DNA from: a virus
Lineage: Duplodnaviria; Caudoviricetes
IMG/VR virus record: IMGVR_UViG_3300032225_001888
Coordinates: 1-53,205 of that record
Reading direction: 5' to 3' (one strand)
Length of the DNA stretch: 53,205 bases
This document shows positions 24,895 to 34,563 of the stretch, in pieces (the first letter of the stretch is position 1; each line of letters starts with the position of its first letter). The position numbers were made by a program, and so were the translations under genes. Below the pieces are notes generated by a model. That model was not told the origin of the DNA, did not search any database, and saw only the letters and a program-made list of their open reading frames with translations.

Positions 24895-25051
24895 GGCGGA
24901 AGACTTTGTTATTGAAGTTGGTGTGGAGCCTTGTGGAGAGACTAGGTACGCTGCTAAGGGGCCTGGTGGTCAATGCCGTTATTGTAATGACTTATGGCAA
25001 GCAGAAATATACTTAACACTTATGCGGAAAGCGGCAGGCATAGCCAGCTAG
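24827..25051 (+). CDS. Small hypothetical protein (start uncertain)
   Basis: CRYCNDLWQAEIYL motif. Confidence 0.5.
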   Translation: MPAADRMQRIVAPSGTPTQLSSRAEDFVIEVGVEPCGETRYAAKGPGGQCRYCNDLWQAEIYLTLMRKAAGIAS

Positions 25052-25553
25052 GCATTACGTGGGGTTGGTTGTTGTAGTGGCCTACAACGCCGTAATCCAG
25101 CGTAGGGGCACATTCCATAGGTAGGAAGACCATTTGGCCAATGAGTAGACCGGGGTAAAGGGGTATGGTGTGATACTGCCTATTGTTTACAAGTTCTAGG
25201 GTGAGTCTGCTTCCGGTCCAGCCGCAGTCGGCGAAGCCTGCGTGTGCGTGCTCGTAGCCCTCCCTGGCACGACTCGACTTAAGCACGAAGACACCGCAGA
25301 TAGTAGGCGGCATCTTGAACACCTCCAACGTAGCCGCTAAGACAAATTGCTTAGGGGCTAGGTCGTAGGGGTGCTTGGCTGTGTATCCAGCAATGCTAAT
25401 CTTGCGCATAGCCTTAGTATGTCGCTGCTCTACAAGCAGTTCATCACTAAGCCTTAGGTCAATGGATGCCGGGTTTACTAATGATTCGTCGTAGGGGTGA
25501 ACAAGGGCGTTTTCTTCGCAGAGACGACGAATCTCGGCATCGTGCAGGATCAT
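25020..25553 (-). CDS. dcd: dCTP deaminase
   Basis: NPASIDLRL, TLE, KSSRAREG, AGFADCGWTG.LTLEL, IGQMVF and Y...G.Y..Q. Confidence 0.93.
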   Translation of the reverse strand: MILHDAEIRRLCEENALVHPYDESLVNPASIDLRLSDELLVEQRHTKAMRKISIAGYTAKHPYDLAPKQFVLAATLEVFKMPPTICGVFVLKSSRAREGYEHAHAGFADCGWTGSRLTLELVNNRQYHTIPLYPGLLIGQMVFLPMECAPTLDYGVVGHYNNQPHVMPSWLCLPLSA

Positions 25554-25589
25554 AGGTTTGGATGTGGTAAGTCGGTGTGGTGGCGCGGC

Positions 25590-26348
25590 TTAGGGGCTTA
25601 CGGCAAGTGCCCAGCCATGGCCGACGCCTTCTGGAGACCAGCGGCGATCCCAGTTCTTGCGGCTATAGGCGATGCGGTAGCCGTTGTTGTGGTTGACATA
25701 GCCCCCGTTGACGAGATCAGCCTCGCCGTTGGGATCGTTGAGAATCCAATGCGTAGGGGTGAAGCCGGTGATTACGGACCAGTGGCCGCCGCCGGTTGGT
25801 TCGGTTACGGATCCTTTGTGCAGCCAGCCCACGGGCACGGGGCGCCCAGCACGAATCTCGCTCTCCAGGAAGCCTGGTGCGCAGGTTGTAAGTAGGCGGG
25901 CAGTAAGTCCGAGGCTGCGGAGGGCTTGAATCTGAGCCTGAGCGTCGGTGGAGTCCCCGTAACGGGCGCGGATGGCGTTGTAGGCGTCATCGTTGGCCAC
26001 TTTGCCGTAGAAGCGGGCCACCATGGCGCAGCTTGACGAGAAGCACTCGCGGTAACCCGTTCCGCTAAGGTTGTTGTTTTGATTTTCGTAGGGTACCTGG
26101 AGGCGAACCTCCTTAGGGCGGTCGCTAGGTGCGGTGGGCGCACCAGCGCTCGGCTTAGCTGGCTTAGCTGGCTTAGTCTCTACGGCGGCAAGCCATATGT
26201 CGCGCAGGTCGCCGCCTGGCTGGAGCGCCTTGGGGTCGAGGGTGTTGAGACGTTCCAGCGCGGCAGAGAGGAACGCTACGTGGTGCGACCGGGTGGGGTC
26301 GAACGCCAGCACGTAGTTATGGACGGGGATGGGAGTGCCGTCGTTCAT
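25590..26348 (-). CDS. Endolysin, peptidase C39-like
   Basis: VPYENQ, RECFSSSCAM, GGGHW and NDP catalytic pattern; next to holin-like genes. Confidence 0.85.
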   Translation of the reverse strand: MNDGTPIPVHNYVLAFDPTRSHHVAFLSAALERLNTLDPKALQPGGDLRDIWLAAVETKPAKPAKPSAGAPTAPSDRPKEVRLQVPYENQNNNLSGTGYRECFSSSCAMVARFYGKVANDDAYNAIRARYGDSTDAQAQIQALRSLGLTARLLTTCAPGFLESEIRAGRPVPVGWLHKGSVTEPTGGGHWSVITGFTPTHWILNDPNGEADLVNGGYVNHNNGYRIAYSRKNWDRRWSPEGVGHGWALAVSP

Positions 26349-26524
26349 CGCCTGTTACGGTTGGTCTGCTTAGCGTTAATCATGTCGGTGATAAGCGCTA
26401 CGATTAGCTGGCTTACACCGTTCTGCTTTACGGTTTTTGATGCTCCAAGGATGTCTGAGGCAATGCCCCACGACAGTCCGACTACTGCCCAGAACTCTGG
26501 GTGTTCAAGGATCTGCTTAATCAC
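26345..26524 (-). CDS. Holin-like small membrane protein (59 aa; not in ORF track)
   Basis: FWAVVGLSWGIASDILG...KQNGVSQLIV; ATGA overlap with the endolysin. Confidence 0.6.
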   Translation of the reverse strand: MIKQILEHPEFWAVVGLSWGIASDILGASKTVKQNGVSQLIVALITDMINAKQTNRNRR

Positions 26525-26559
26525 TGGTTGAGTAGCGATGGAGTGTTGTCACACGCAGC

Positions 26560-26871
26560 CTAGCGCGAGCCGCTTGGTTCTTCAGTGGTAACGGCCGGAA
26601 TCTGTAGTTTGATGTGCATAGCAGATCCCACTACAGGAATCATAATGGCGACAATGGCGCCAACTATGATAACTTGTGCCATACGCCGTGACAGGGCTGC
26701 GGTTTCTGTTTCCAAAGTACGCTGGCGGGTAAATAGGGCATCAAGATCCTTACTAAGACGCACAACATCTTCTTTACGCTCGCCAACCATACTAAGCAGC
26801 GATTTTACATCGCCGCCAAGCTCGGCAAGGCGTACGTAGATGTCGCGGTGCGACACTTCGTCCGGGGGCAT
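26560..26871 (-). CDS. Coiled-coil plus single TM protein (XhlA/holin-like)
   Basis: Heptad helix then VIIVGAIVAIMIPVV. Confidence 0.65.
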   Translation of the reverse strand: MPPDEVSHRDIYVRLAELGGDVKSLLSMVGERKEDVVRLSKDLDALFTRQRTLETETAALSRRMAQVIIVGAIVAIMIPVVGSAMHIKLQIPAVTTEEPSGSR

Positions 26872-26957
26872 AGCTCTGCTGCAATCTGCTGCAGTCTAGG
26901 TCGGCGCTATGCGTAGGCGCTATACACGCCATCGCAGCACTGCCCGAGGTTTCCCGC

Positions 26958-27401
26958 TCAGGCTGTAGGTTGCAGCGCTGCGACAAACGGCGCCGGCAGA
27001 TTGCAGACCGTGGCCCTGCCAACGATCTCCGCCAGGTCGGCCTGGGGCAGGCCGGAGGCGGCGAGGAACAGGGCCCACGACAGCGCGAACGGTTGATAGT
27101 GCTGGCGCAGCCGGGCCTCGTCCATTGCCGCCGGCAGGCCGGTCGTGGCGGGCTCGCCCTGGGGGTCGGCGCTGGCGCGGGCTGAGGTCATGGCGGCTGC
27201 CATCGGGGCGAACTGATAAAGCCACCCGGCAAAGCCAAGCCAGTCGGGGGAGGGCTCCGGCGGGGCGGGGGGCTCCGGCGGGGCGGGGGTGTATGGCGTC
27301 CACTGATCGGCCTTGGGGTTGCCAGCTGCAATCCAGGCGGCCATCAGGCCATCATCAATGTCGCGCACCTCGCCGGTGGCGATGTTCTGAAAGAGGCTCA
27401 T
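26958..27401 (-). CDS. Tail-fibre-associated hypothetical protein
   Basis: ATGA-coupled to the LamG gene; PAPPEP repeat linker. Confidence 0.7.
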   Translation of the reverse strand: MSLFQNIATGEVRDIDDGLMAAWIAAGNPKADQWTPYTPAPPEPPAPPEPSPDWLGFAGWLYQFAPMAAAMTSARASADPQGEPATTGLPAAMDEARLRQHYQPFALSWALFLAASGLPQADLAEIVGRATVCNLPAPFVAALQPTA

Positions 27402-28048
27402 TGGATGATACGCGGATGGGTAGACACGCCAGCGCCGCCGACGTTGGTGATCGTGCGACCTAGCCGCAGATCGGCCAGGTTGCGGATCAGCGGGGCGTAG
27501 AACTGGAGCGATTGCGGGCGGATCTGATCCGGAGTGAAGCCAGCGGCGAGGGAGGCAATTTCGGCTGCGGTCAGCTCTACGTTCCAGATGGCAGTTTCTG
27601 CTATTGATCCAGCAACGTATGCGGTCGGCAATTGCCGATCAAGAGAAGCGATAGAAGTTCTTGCAAAGCCTGACGGGAAGCTGGTAACTAAATTGGAAGA
27701 GCTACCAACATTAGAGCCATTGAAAAATACATCTACTTTTGAAGATGTAAAAGTCGCAGCAATCCAGAACTGTGTGCCGATCGCAAAGGTGTTTGAGGGC
27801 GAGTTTACGGCGGTAAAAACAGTTCCAGAAGCATCAATAAGGCCTGCCGCTACTATGCCATTGTTTCTATGGCCCATGTGGATGTAAGGCTCGTTTGCGC
27901 TTGCTCCTGGGTTGATTGCAACAATCGCTTGAAACGTAGACGCTACAGACGAGACATTGCAGGTCGCCGCAATTGTGAACGGATACGCCGAAACGATGCC
28001 TGATTCGACCCTTAGCGTTTGATTTGTGCCGTTGAACGTATAGGCCAT
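27398..28048 (-). CDS. LamG/concanavalin A-like lectin domain protein
   Basis: FNGTNQ, PFTI, VFFNG and GSIAETAIWNVELTAAEI. Confidence 0.8.
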   Translation of the reverse strand: MAYTFNGTNQTLRVESGIVSAYPFTIAATCNVSSVASTFQAIVAINPGASANEPYIHMGHRNNGIVAAGLIDASGTVFTAVNSPSNTFAIGTQFWIAATFTSSKVDVFFNGSNVGSSSNLVTSFPSGFARTSIASLDRQLPTAYVAGSIAETAIWNVELTAAEIASLAAGFTPDQIRPQSLQFYAPLIRNLADLRLGRTITNVGGAGVSTHPRIIQ

Positions 28049-30051
28049 CACGCCACCTGCCTGACTTCAACCGCCGTCAGCTGCGCATCGCCGCTCATGG
28101 TGTCGTTGGTGGCGTCGGCTGCGATCCTTGAAATCCTCAGCCGGTAGCGGTCGCCGGCCACCAGGGAGTCGATGGCGGTGCAGGCAATTTCGGCCACGGT
28201 CTCGATTCCGCTGGTGCCATTGGCGGCGCTGGTTACCTCGGTCACGGAGTCAAACGAGTCGGCATCCAGGTCCGTGCCAGTGCGCTCAAACGATGCGCCC
28301 CAGCGGACGTTGCCGGAGGTGGCCGTGTCGCCCATCCACCAGATCCGCACCAGCAGGCCAGAGGTCAGCGTTGCACCCTCGGGGATGACGCCGACAAAGG
28401 CCACCGCCTCTTGGGTTGCTGCATCAAATTCCAGGACCGCCACACTATTGCGGGTGTCGATCGTTGCAAAATTGGCGGCCGGCGGCTGGTTGTCGCGGGG
28501 CGCGAACCGCTGCAGGGTCTTGGTGCCGCCACCGCCGGCCGCGTCCAGCGTCGTGCCCGTGATGCTCAGGTTTGTGCCGAGCGACAGATGGCGCAGCCTG
28601 CCCTCGCTGTCATCCCAGAACAGGATGCGATCCGCGCCGGGGTCATCGGCTGCCAGCACCTGGCCGCTGAGGTCCAGCACATCCGTAACGCTGGCCGCCA
28701 GGGTCACCGCATCATGGAACCGGGCATCGTTGCCCTGCGCGAACGTGCCCGATGTGGTGCCGAAGCTGCCAGCCTCCAGCACGCCGCTGGTCCCGGTCTT
28801 CACAGGCAGCCCTGATGTGGAGCCGATCGCGCCCGCGTTCGTGATGTTGCCGTGAACGTGGCCCGAGGTGGCCGCGCCCACATCCGCCGCGCTCGGCATC
28901 GCGTGAACGTGATCAGCCCGCGCCAGGGTGGTGCCGGTCCCCACCGCTGCAGTCCCGAGCGCCGCCGGCATTGAGCTGCTGTAAATCGTGCGGTTCTTCC
29001 AGAGCCCGTCACTGGCCCTCACCAACGCCTGATCTGTGGCGGCGCCGGAGATCAGAACGTCGTGGAGTTCATTCAGCTCAAGGCCGTTGTCTACTTTGAC
29101 GTAGAGGATTCCAGACGTACCGGGGGATTGCTTGACGCAATAGCCCATCACAACGCCGTGCGCGGGTTGCGTAGGCCGGGTTGTCGTAAGCTGCCCAGCT
29201 GTCTCGCTTAGCCAGACGATCTGGCCTTCGGCAAGGGTTGAGGTGTCGATGCCATCGAGGAGGCCAACGGCAACGACGTAGCCGGTGGTGTTATTGGCGA
29301 TGGCTTCCTGCGTGATGCCTAAGGTCTGGCCGGCGGTGGCCTCTAGGCTGGCGTCGGCTAGGGCGACGGTGAGCGTGGTGCCACTACTGCCGGTTTGATA
29401 GACAGCCGAGCCCTTGGGGATAGAGGAGCCGGTGTTGTTGCGTACCAGCTTCCGCACCACCGTCGCAGAATCGGCCGTGATTGAGTCGAGTTTGGCTTTG
29501 TCAGTGGCCGACATGGAGCCGGCCGCCGCGCTCGTTGCAGGGGCGATGCTTACTGAGGGCGTTGTCGTGCTGTTTGCAACGCTGATGGGAGCTACGCCAC
29601 TGACGGACATAACCGTGCCACCGCCAGATGGAGAGTTACTGGACGCGAGGGTTATGCGCCCCTTGGCGTCAACGGTGATGGATGCGTAGGTGTAGGCGCC
29701 AGGCGTTACAGCGGTATCGGGCAGGTCGGCGCTGACTAGGGAACGGAAGGTGGGCGCGGCGCTGCTACCTGTAGTCGGGCCAGCGAAGACGCGATTGGCT
29801 GCTTGGACCGCTAAGGCGGCCTCTAAGGTGCCAGAAGTCGTTACTGTGGGCGTAACAAGTGTGAACAGATTAGGCAGTGCCAGGCTTACGCTCGTGACTG
29901 TGCCGGAGCCTGCAGGCGGCGGCACAAGTTTGTAGAGGTACGGCGTAGCTCCGTCCTTTACGACGTACTTATCGGCATCGGCAGCACCGCTAGGTAGACC
30001 GACGCCCGGTGGCCCGTTACCGATAATGCGGACAACAACGACATCGCTCAT
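28048..30051 (-). CDS. Tail fibre protein (667 aa)
   Basis: GTVTSV, ITVDAKGRIT, GSMSATDKAKLD, LNELHDV and ARADHVH fibre motifs. Confidence 0.85.
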   Translation of the reverse strand: MSDVVVVRIIGNGPPGVGLPSGAADADKYVVKDGATPYLYKLVPPPAGSGTVTSVSLALPNLFTLVTPTVTTSGTLEAALAVQAANRVFAGPTTGSSAAPTFRSLVSADLPDTAVTPGAYTYASITVDAKGRITLASSNSPSGGGTVMSVSGVAPISVANSTTTPSVSIAPATSAAAGSMSATDKAKLDSITADSATVVRKLVRNNTGSSIPKGSAVYQTGSSGTTLTVALADASLEATAGQTLGITQEAIANNTTGYVVAVGLLDGIDTSTLAEGQIVWLSETAGQLTTTRPTQPAHGVVMGYCVKQSPGTSGILYVKVDNGLELNELHDVLISGAATDQALVRASDGLWKNRTIYSSSMPAALGTAAVGTGTTLARADHVHAMPSAADVGAATSGHVHGNITNAGAIGSTSGLPVKTGTSGVLEAGSFGTTSGTFAQGNDARFHDAVTLAASVTDVLDLSGQVLAADDPGADRILFWDDSEGRLRHLSLGTNLSITGTTLDAAGGGGTKTLQRFAPRDNQPPAANFATIDTRNSVAVLEFDAATQEAVAFVGVIPEGATLTSGLLVRIWWMGDTATSGNVRWGASFERTGTDLDADSFDSVTEVTSAANGTSGIETVAEIACTAIDSLVAGDRYRLRISRIAADATNDTMSGDAQLTAVEVRQVA

Positions 30052-30383
30052 GTGCTGTACCCCTCAGACACTGTAATGTGGCCCTCTAAGTAGTATTCTC
30101 CTAGGCCGGCTTGATTAGTGAGTCGTACGTCGTAATATGCCTCGCTAGGAAACCATACAGTTTGTGTATGGCTTAGCAGTAAGTCCACGTATCCGCCGAC
30201 GCGATCTGGGTAACTTACGGCGAATTGGGCGTACTCAGTGGTGCGGTCGAAGTTCCAGACGGCGGCGGTTACAGTCCAGCCGGTCAGGTTGAGCGGGGTG
30301 TCGTTGACAAGGATCTGCAGCGATAGGGGGTAGTCCGCCCGTCGCTGCAGGGTGAAGTCGTGCTGGCCGGGGGAGATCGCCAT
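30048..30383 (-). CDS. BppU-like fibre adaptor protein
   Basis: PLNLTGW, YYDVRLT and YYLEG.ITV. Confidence 0.7.
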   Translation of the reverse strand: MAISPGQHDFTLQRRADYPLSLQILVNDTPLNLTGWTVTAAVWNFDRTTEYAQFAVSYPDRVGGYVDLLLSHTQTVWFPSEAYYDVRLTNQAGLGEYYLEGHITVSEGYST

Positions 30384-30605
30384 ATACGCAGCTTAGCGAC
30401 CTTGGCCGATACGCTTTTTGCGCCCGTGGTTGGGGAGGCTATGGCGACCCTGCCCCTGGTGCGTCCGCTTAGGGGAGCCTGGTACGTGCTCGACACGCGC
30501 CACGCCAGTTTTCGCCTTGCCTGTCATAGGGTTGGGGGCTATGAGCCCAATGGTAGGAGAGGGCGTAAGGCGGTGAGGGGCCTGGTTGCGTAGCCCCTCC
30601 GTTGC

Positions 30606-31046
30606 TTAGGCGCTGACGCTGACCTGTAGGGTGCCGTTGGTCTGATCGAGATCAATGGTGTAGGTCTGCGTGGCGGCTACGCTAATGGAACTGCCGTGGT
30701 CTACGTACAAGATTATGTCGCCGTTGGTGGCGGTGGAGTTGCGCAGGATGGCGTAACGGAAGGGACCGAAGCCGCTACCCGTACCAGTCCAGACGGTGGG
30801 ATCCGCCAAGATCAGCTTGGCAACGCCGAGAGTCTGCGTAAACCCGCTTACCGTTGAGGTAGCTCCACCATTGGTGTAGCCGCCGCCCGTGGCTAGTTCG
30901 CCCGTGATATCTGCTGTTACGGACCAGGCACGACTAGGCGCGTTGTTAGTCAACACCCACTTAAGCGTGTCGGTGCTTAGGTCGTGTTTCTTAGAGCCCA
31001 GTGCAACTACGAATGGATAGAAGATTACGGGAGTTACTACGGCCAT
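30606..31046 (-). CDS. Virion structural protein (146 aa)
   Basis: DLSTDTLK, GGYTNGG and GPFRYAILxN pattern; follows gpJ. Confidence 0.75.
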   Translation of the reverse strand: MAVVTPVIFYPFVVALGSKKHDLSTDTLKWVLTNNAPSRAWSVTADITGELATGGGYTNGGATSTVSGFTQTLGVAKLILADPTVWTGTGSGFGPFRYAILRNSTATNGDIILYVDHGSSISVAATQTYTIDLDQTNGTLQVSVSA

Positions 31047-31052
31047 GGTCGA

Positions 31053-33230
31053 TTAGGTGAGCGTTGCGGGGCTTGCCGTAAGCATGATAGCTGCCCTGCC
31101 TACGGGGGTGTACTTAGTTTGAGAATAGGAGGAGGCTACGTCGGATAGCGAGGTGGTGAGATAGGCTGTAAGGACTTGAGTTGTAAGTTGTTGGGAATAT
31201 GCGGAGTTGATAGTCGAGGATGCTACACTAAGCCTAGATGTGCCTACTGTTACGTACTGAGCCTGGGAGTACGCGCTGCTTATCTGCTTAGGCTGTAGAG
31301 CTACAGTACAAGTCCCGACTTGTGTAGCGTACTGCACCTTAGTGCCGATGGTGTATTCACCTAAGGGGATGTAGCGATCTACGCTGGCGTAGCGCGACTC
31401 GTTGTATTGAAGTGCGGTTATTTCGTAGGTTGTGGCCCCGGAATCTTTAACGCTAAGTACGCGCCACTTGCTTAGGGTGTCATTGTAGATGTATGCACCG
31501 CCCGGCAGCGGAAGTGCCGGCAGGTTGGAGGACAGTGTGAGAGTGGATCCCGACGTGCTGCTTACGGTGCGACTGGCGACAGTGCCGTTAACCATGGCCA
31601 CAAGCACGGTGGGCGTGGATATTGACGGCAGGGATGCGGTAGTTACGTCAAGCGTGACAGTGCCTAGCGTCCCACTTACGATGCGTCCCGCATAGCGAGC
31701 ACCAGAGCTACGAACGGTATCCTCAATGGCGATGATCGCACCAGGGCGGACCAGGGCACCGGAGTCCAGACCTACGGAGAATGTCACAACATCGGTTTCG
31801 TAGCGCTCAGTGGCCAGGATGGTCAGGCCGATGCGTCGGGCCTGGCTACGTGAGCTGCAGGCAAAGCCATCTACGTCAATTTTCTGTACGCCGTAACGGG
31901 CAATGCCGTCTCGATCTTCTACGAACTCATAGCTAAGTTCTTGGCGGTCGCGGTCTAGCCATGACACCGATGCAACTGTGTGTCGTTGCGTCTTGCTGGA
32001 TGAGGAATAGGAAAACTCACCATTTACAATGTTGGACTGTGTAAATATGGCGACTACATCGCCCGGTTTGTCCTGCACAAGGGTGATTCCCCCTGCTGAC
32101 CAGTAGGGCATACACCTGCATACGCTGGCTAAGTCGTTGACCAGTTTGTACGCGCCGTTGAGGGAGTTTATGTTGGCGTGACAACTGAAGCGGGGTTCGG
32201 TAGCGTCGCCTACGCCTGTCGGGACACGCTGATTGGCGTAGACACTGGCTGTGTATGTTGCCCACTTGTCTACGTCGGACGTAGAGATGTGATCACCTAA
32301 GCCGTAACGGCGACTTGTGACTAGGTCATAGAGGATCCAAGTTGGGTCAGTTGTCCATCTAGCTGCCTGGAACGTACCATTCCATACGCCGCTGTATGTG
32401 ATGCTGCCATCAGTATAGTTTACAGTTGCGTTACTTGGGATACTTACTTTTATTCCGCGTACTCGGTAGGAGCGTACAGGTAAGGAGCTAAATGTAGACG
32501 CGGGGGTACGCAGCGCAACTACGGCACGGTAGGGATAGCTTAGGTTAGCGTAAACAATTTCAGTGTAGGATGACCATGTAAATGCGTTCTGTATTTTGTT
32601 GTCAGAGGGCGTAAGATTACCGCCGTTAACTCGTACGTCTACAGGGAAGGCACCATTCAGAGGAATTACGGCGTAACGCTGGAAGGGGTTGCCGCTTCGG
32701 CCTGTGAGATCCTCAATAAATACGACAGAGAATGGTCCTCCGTTGTAACTAATCAGGACTTCCCAATAAACTCTGTGGTCAAGGGTGTCGCCTTTGTCGG
32801 TATAACGTTCCAGGCGTTGCCAGTTGAGAGTTACACGAACTGCGTTTGTATTTGAGTCTGTAATCGTGCGCGTTACAGGCGTATTGTTTTCTGTAAAGTC
32901 TACGCCTACGGAGTTTTCACGCTCCACGGAAGAGAACCCCGGAATTGGCGGCTGTGAGCCAGTGCCGTAGTTTACAGAGATACCTATATCTGGAAAGTTG
33001 TAGTCAGCTGCGGTAAGTGCAGCCACATTTGCGGATGACCGCATAATGGGGGTTCCATCTAAGTAGATGCTTTTGTAGGGGTGATCGGTAGGGAAGCCCT
33101 CTATTTCCCCCTCACTTATTAGGTCGATACACTGGAGGTATTGCGTACTGTCGAGCGTATCCTTAGCTGTAGTCGGCTTGTATTTCTTGGGCGATCTGCC
33201 ACCGGAGCCAGAGATTGGTGAGTACGTCAT
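31053..33230 (-). CDS. Lambda gpJ-like tail tip (host specificity) protein, short form
   Basis: DLISEGEIEG, WNGTF...WTxDPxWILYD, EPRF and CSSRSQARR. Confidence 0.9.
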   Translation of the reverse strand: MTYSPISGSGGRSPKKYKPTTAKDTLDSTQYLQCIDLISEGEIEGFPTDHPYKSIYLDGTPIMRSSANVAALTAADYNFPDIGISVNYGTGSQPPIPGFSSVERENSVGVDFTENNTPVTRTITDSNTNAVRVTLNWQRLERYTDKGDTLDHRVYWEVLISYNGGPFSVVFIEDLTGRSGNPFQRYAVIPLNGAFPVDVRVNGGNLTPSDNKIQNAFTWSSYTEIVYANLSYPYRAVVALRTPASTFSSLPVRSYRVRGIKVSIPSNATVNYTDGSITYSGVWNGTFQAARWTTDPTWILYDLVTSRRYGLGDHISTSDVDKWATYTASVYANQRVPTGVGDATEPRFSCHANINSLNGAYKLVNDLASVCRCMPYWSAGGITLVQDKPGDVVAIFTQSNIVNGEFSYSSSSKTQRHTVASVSWLDRDRQELSYEFVEDRDGIARYGVQKIDVDGFACSSRSQARRIGLTILATERYETDVVTFSVGLDSGALVRPGAIIAIEDTVRSSGARYAGRIVSGTLGTVTLDVTTASLPSISTPTVLVAMVNGTVASRTVSSTSGSTLTLSSNLPALPLPGGAYIYNDTLSKWRVLSVKDSGATTYEITALQYNESRYASVDRYIPLGEYTIGTKVQYATQVGTCTVALQPKQISSAYSQAQYVTVGTSRLSVASSTINSAYSQQLTTQVLTAYLTTSLSDVASSYSQTKYTPVGRAAIMLTASPATLT

Positions 33231-33237
33231 AGCTCGC

Positions 33238-33828
33238 TTACCATAGGTTTGTGCTGGCATCGACGGAGAGTCCAGCGGAAATGACTACAGAGCCGCAGAT
33301 GGGTTCGCCGTAGATGATGGGCACTGGTACGCCCTGGCGCGTCACGTTGACAATCTGACTAAATGTGTAGGCGTCTCCAGCTGCAGCGTTACCGTCTAGG
33401 TCGGTGTTGGTACGTGGTATCGGTGTGAGCAGCTGACTTACGCCACCCAGGACAAGGGAGGCGCCGATTCCGAATACGACGGGCTTGAGGGCTATGCCGA
33501 ATAGAGCGGCGCCCCCTGTTAGGAATGACAACGCCACTAAGCCTACGCCGATGGCGATTCGCCCTATGGCGGATCCGCCAGCACCTTGTACCGCTGGAAC
33601 GATGCTAATTACATCCCCATTGCCTACTGGATAGTGCAATTCTTTATTAGGCTCTACAGCTTCCCCGCCAACACTTACTTGGTAGTAGCGCGTAGCCATG
33701 TGTGCCTCCGCCATGGGGAAGTTCGTGATTAGAAAGCGGATGGCTTCGGCTGCGCTATGTACGTCGATTGTGAAAACCCGACGTCCAACTAGGCGTGCCA
33801 GCGCTCCGTAAAGGCGTAGGGTCTTCAC
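33238..33828 (-). CDS. Lambda gpI-like tail assembly protein
   Basis: LYGAL, AEAIR and QGVPVPIIYGE..GSVVISAG. Confidence 0.9.
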   Translation of the reverse strand: MKTLRLYGALARLVGRRVFTIDVHSAAEAIRFLITNFPMAEAHMATRYYQVSVGGEAVEPNKELHYPVGNGDVISIVPAVQGAGGSAIGRIAIGVGLVALSFLTGGAALFGIALKPVVFGIGASLVLGGVSQLLTPIPRTNTDLDGNAAAGDAYTFSQIVNVTRQGVPVPIIYGEPICGSVVISAGLSVDASTNLW

Positions 33829-34541
33829 GCGCTTAGCTCCGGGTGACGTAGTACACGCTCAGTACACTTTTGGAGCCATTCGGTATAAGGCTCACGGCCG
33901 CTGATGCAGCCCCGTGCATGGTGAAGCAGGAGGCCATCATCCACAATTACACCAACGTGATTCCCTGCCTTACCGCGCATGTTCATAAGGATCATGTCGC
34001 CGTAACGGACCTCGCTTAGGCGAACTTCGACAAAACCGGCCTCGGGCCAGTGGGCGTCGAAGATGGGGCAGTCCTCAAAGGCTTCGGGAGTGTCGGGATG
34101 CGCAAAGCGGGGTAGGTCTAGGCCCTGTTCGGCGTACCAGTCGTGAACGAGGGTCCAGCAATCTGTGGCACCCCATACCCATGGGCGGCCGGCTAATGGA
34201 AGTGGGCCGTCTTGGGGCTCAATGTGGGACCATGTACCCTGGGCGGCTTGGACGACGTACCACGGTAGGCCATGGGCGTGGCACGATGCGACGTCACAGG
34301 GGCTGGGGTCTACGGGCTGCGTGGTGTGGGAGTGGACGATGCCCACGATGTCTCCGGCATCCTCGGCAGCCCTGTAGGCGGCGGGGTCGAGGATGAAATC
34401 CTCGGTAGGCTCGGCTGCAATGTTGTCGGCAGGCCAGTAGGTAAGTTTGCGCTTTATTACTACGACAAGGCCACACGCCTCCTTAGGATACTCTCGCTTA
34501 GCGTGATCGAGGGCGTCTTGTTTTACACGCTCGTTAATCAT
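33825..34541 (-). CDS. Lambda gpK-like tail protein (JAB plus NlpC/P60)
   Basis: PKEACG, HSH...SxxD, DCWTLV and NHVG...LLHH. Confidence 0.9.
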   Translation of the reverse strand: MINERVKQDALDHAKREYPKEACGLVVVIKRKLTYWPADNIAAEPTEDFILDPAAYRAAEDAGDIVGIVHSHTTQPVDPSPCDVASCHAHGLPWYVVQAAQGTWSHIEPQDGPLPLAGRPWVWGATDCWTLVHDWYAEQGLDLPRFAHPDTPEAFEDCPIFDAHWPEAGFVEVRLSEVRYGDMILMNMRGKAGNHVGVIVDDGLLLHHARGCISGREPYTEWLQKCTERVLRHPELSA

Positions 34542-34563
34542 ACGGAATTGAGTGTGGGCAGGC

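Noticed and set aside
16108-25553. Modified-base pathway (PurZ, deazaguanine, hmU)
   Set aside because: Only ThyX, dNMP kinase and dCTP deaminase are recognisable, consistent with ordinary dTTP supply.
26958-30051. Diversity-generating retroelement at the tail fibre
   Set aside because: No reverse transcriptase motifs and no TR/VR pair differing at adenines was seen.
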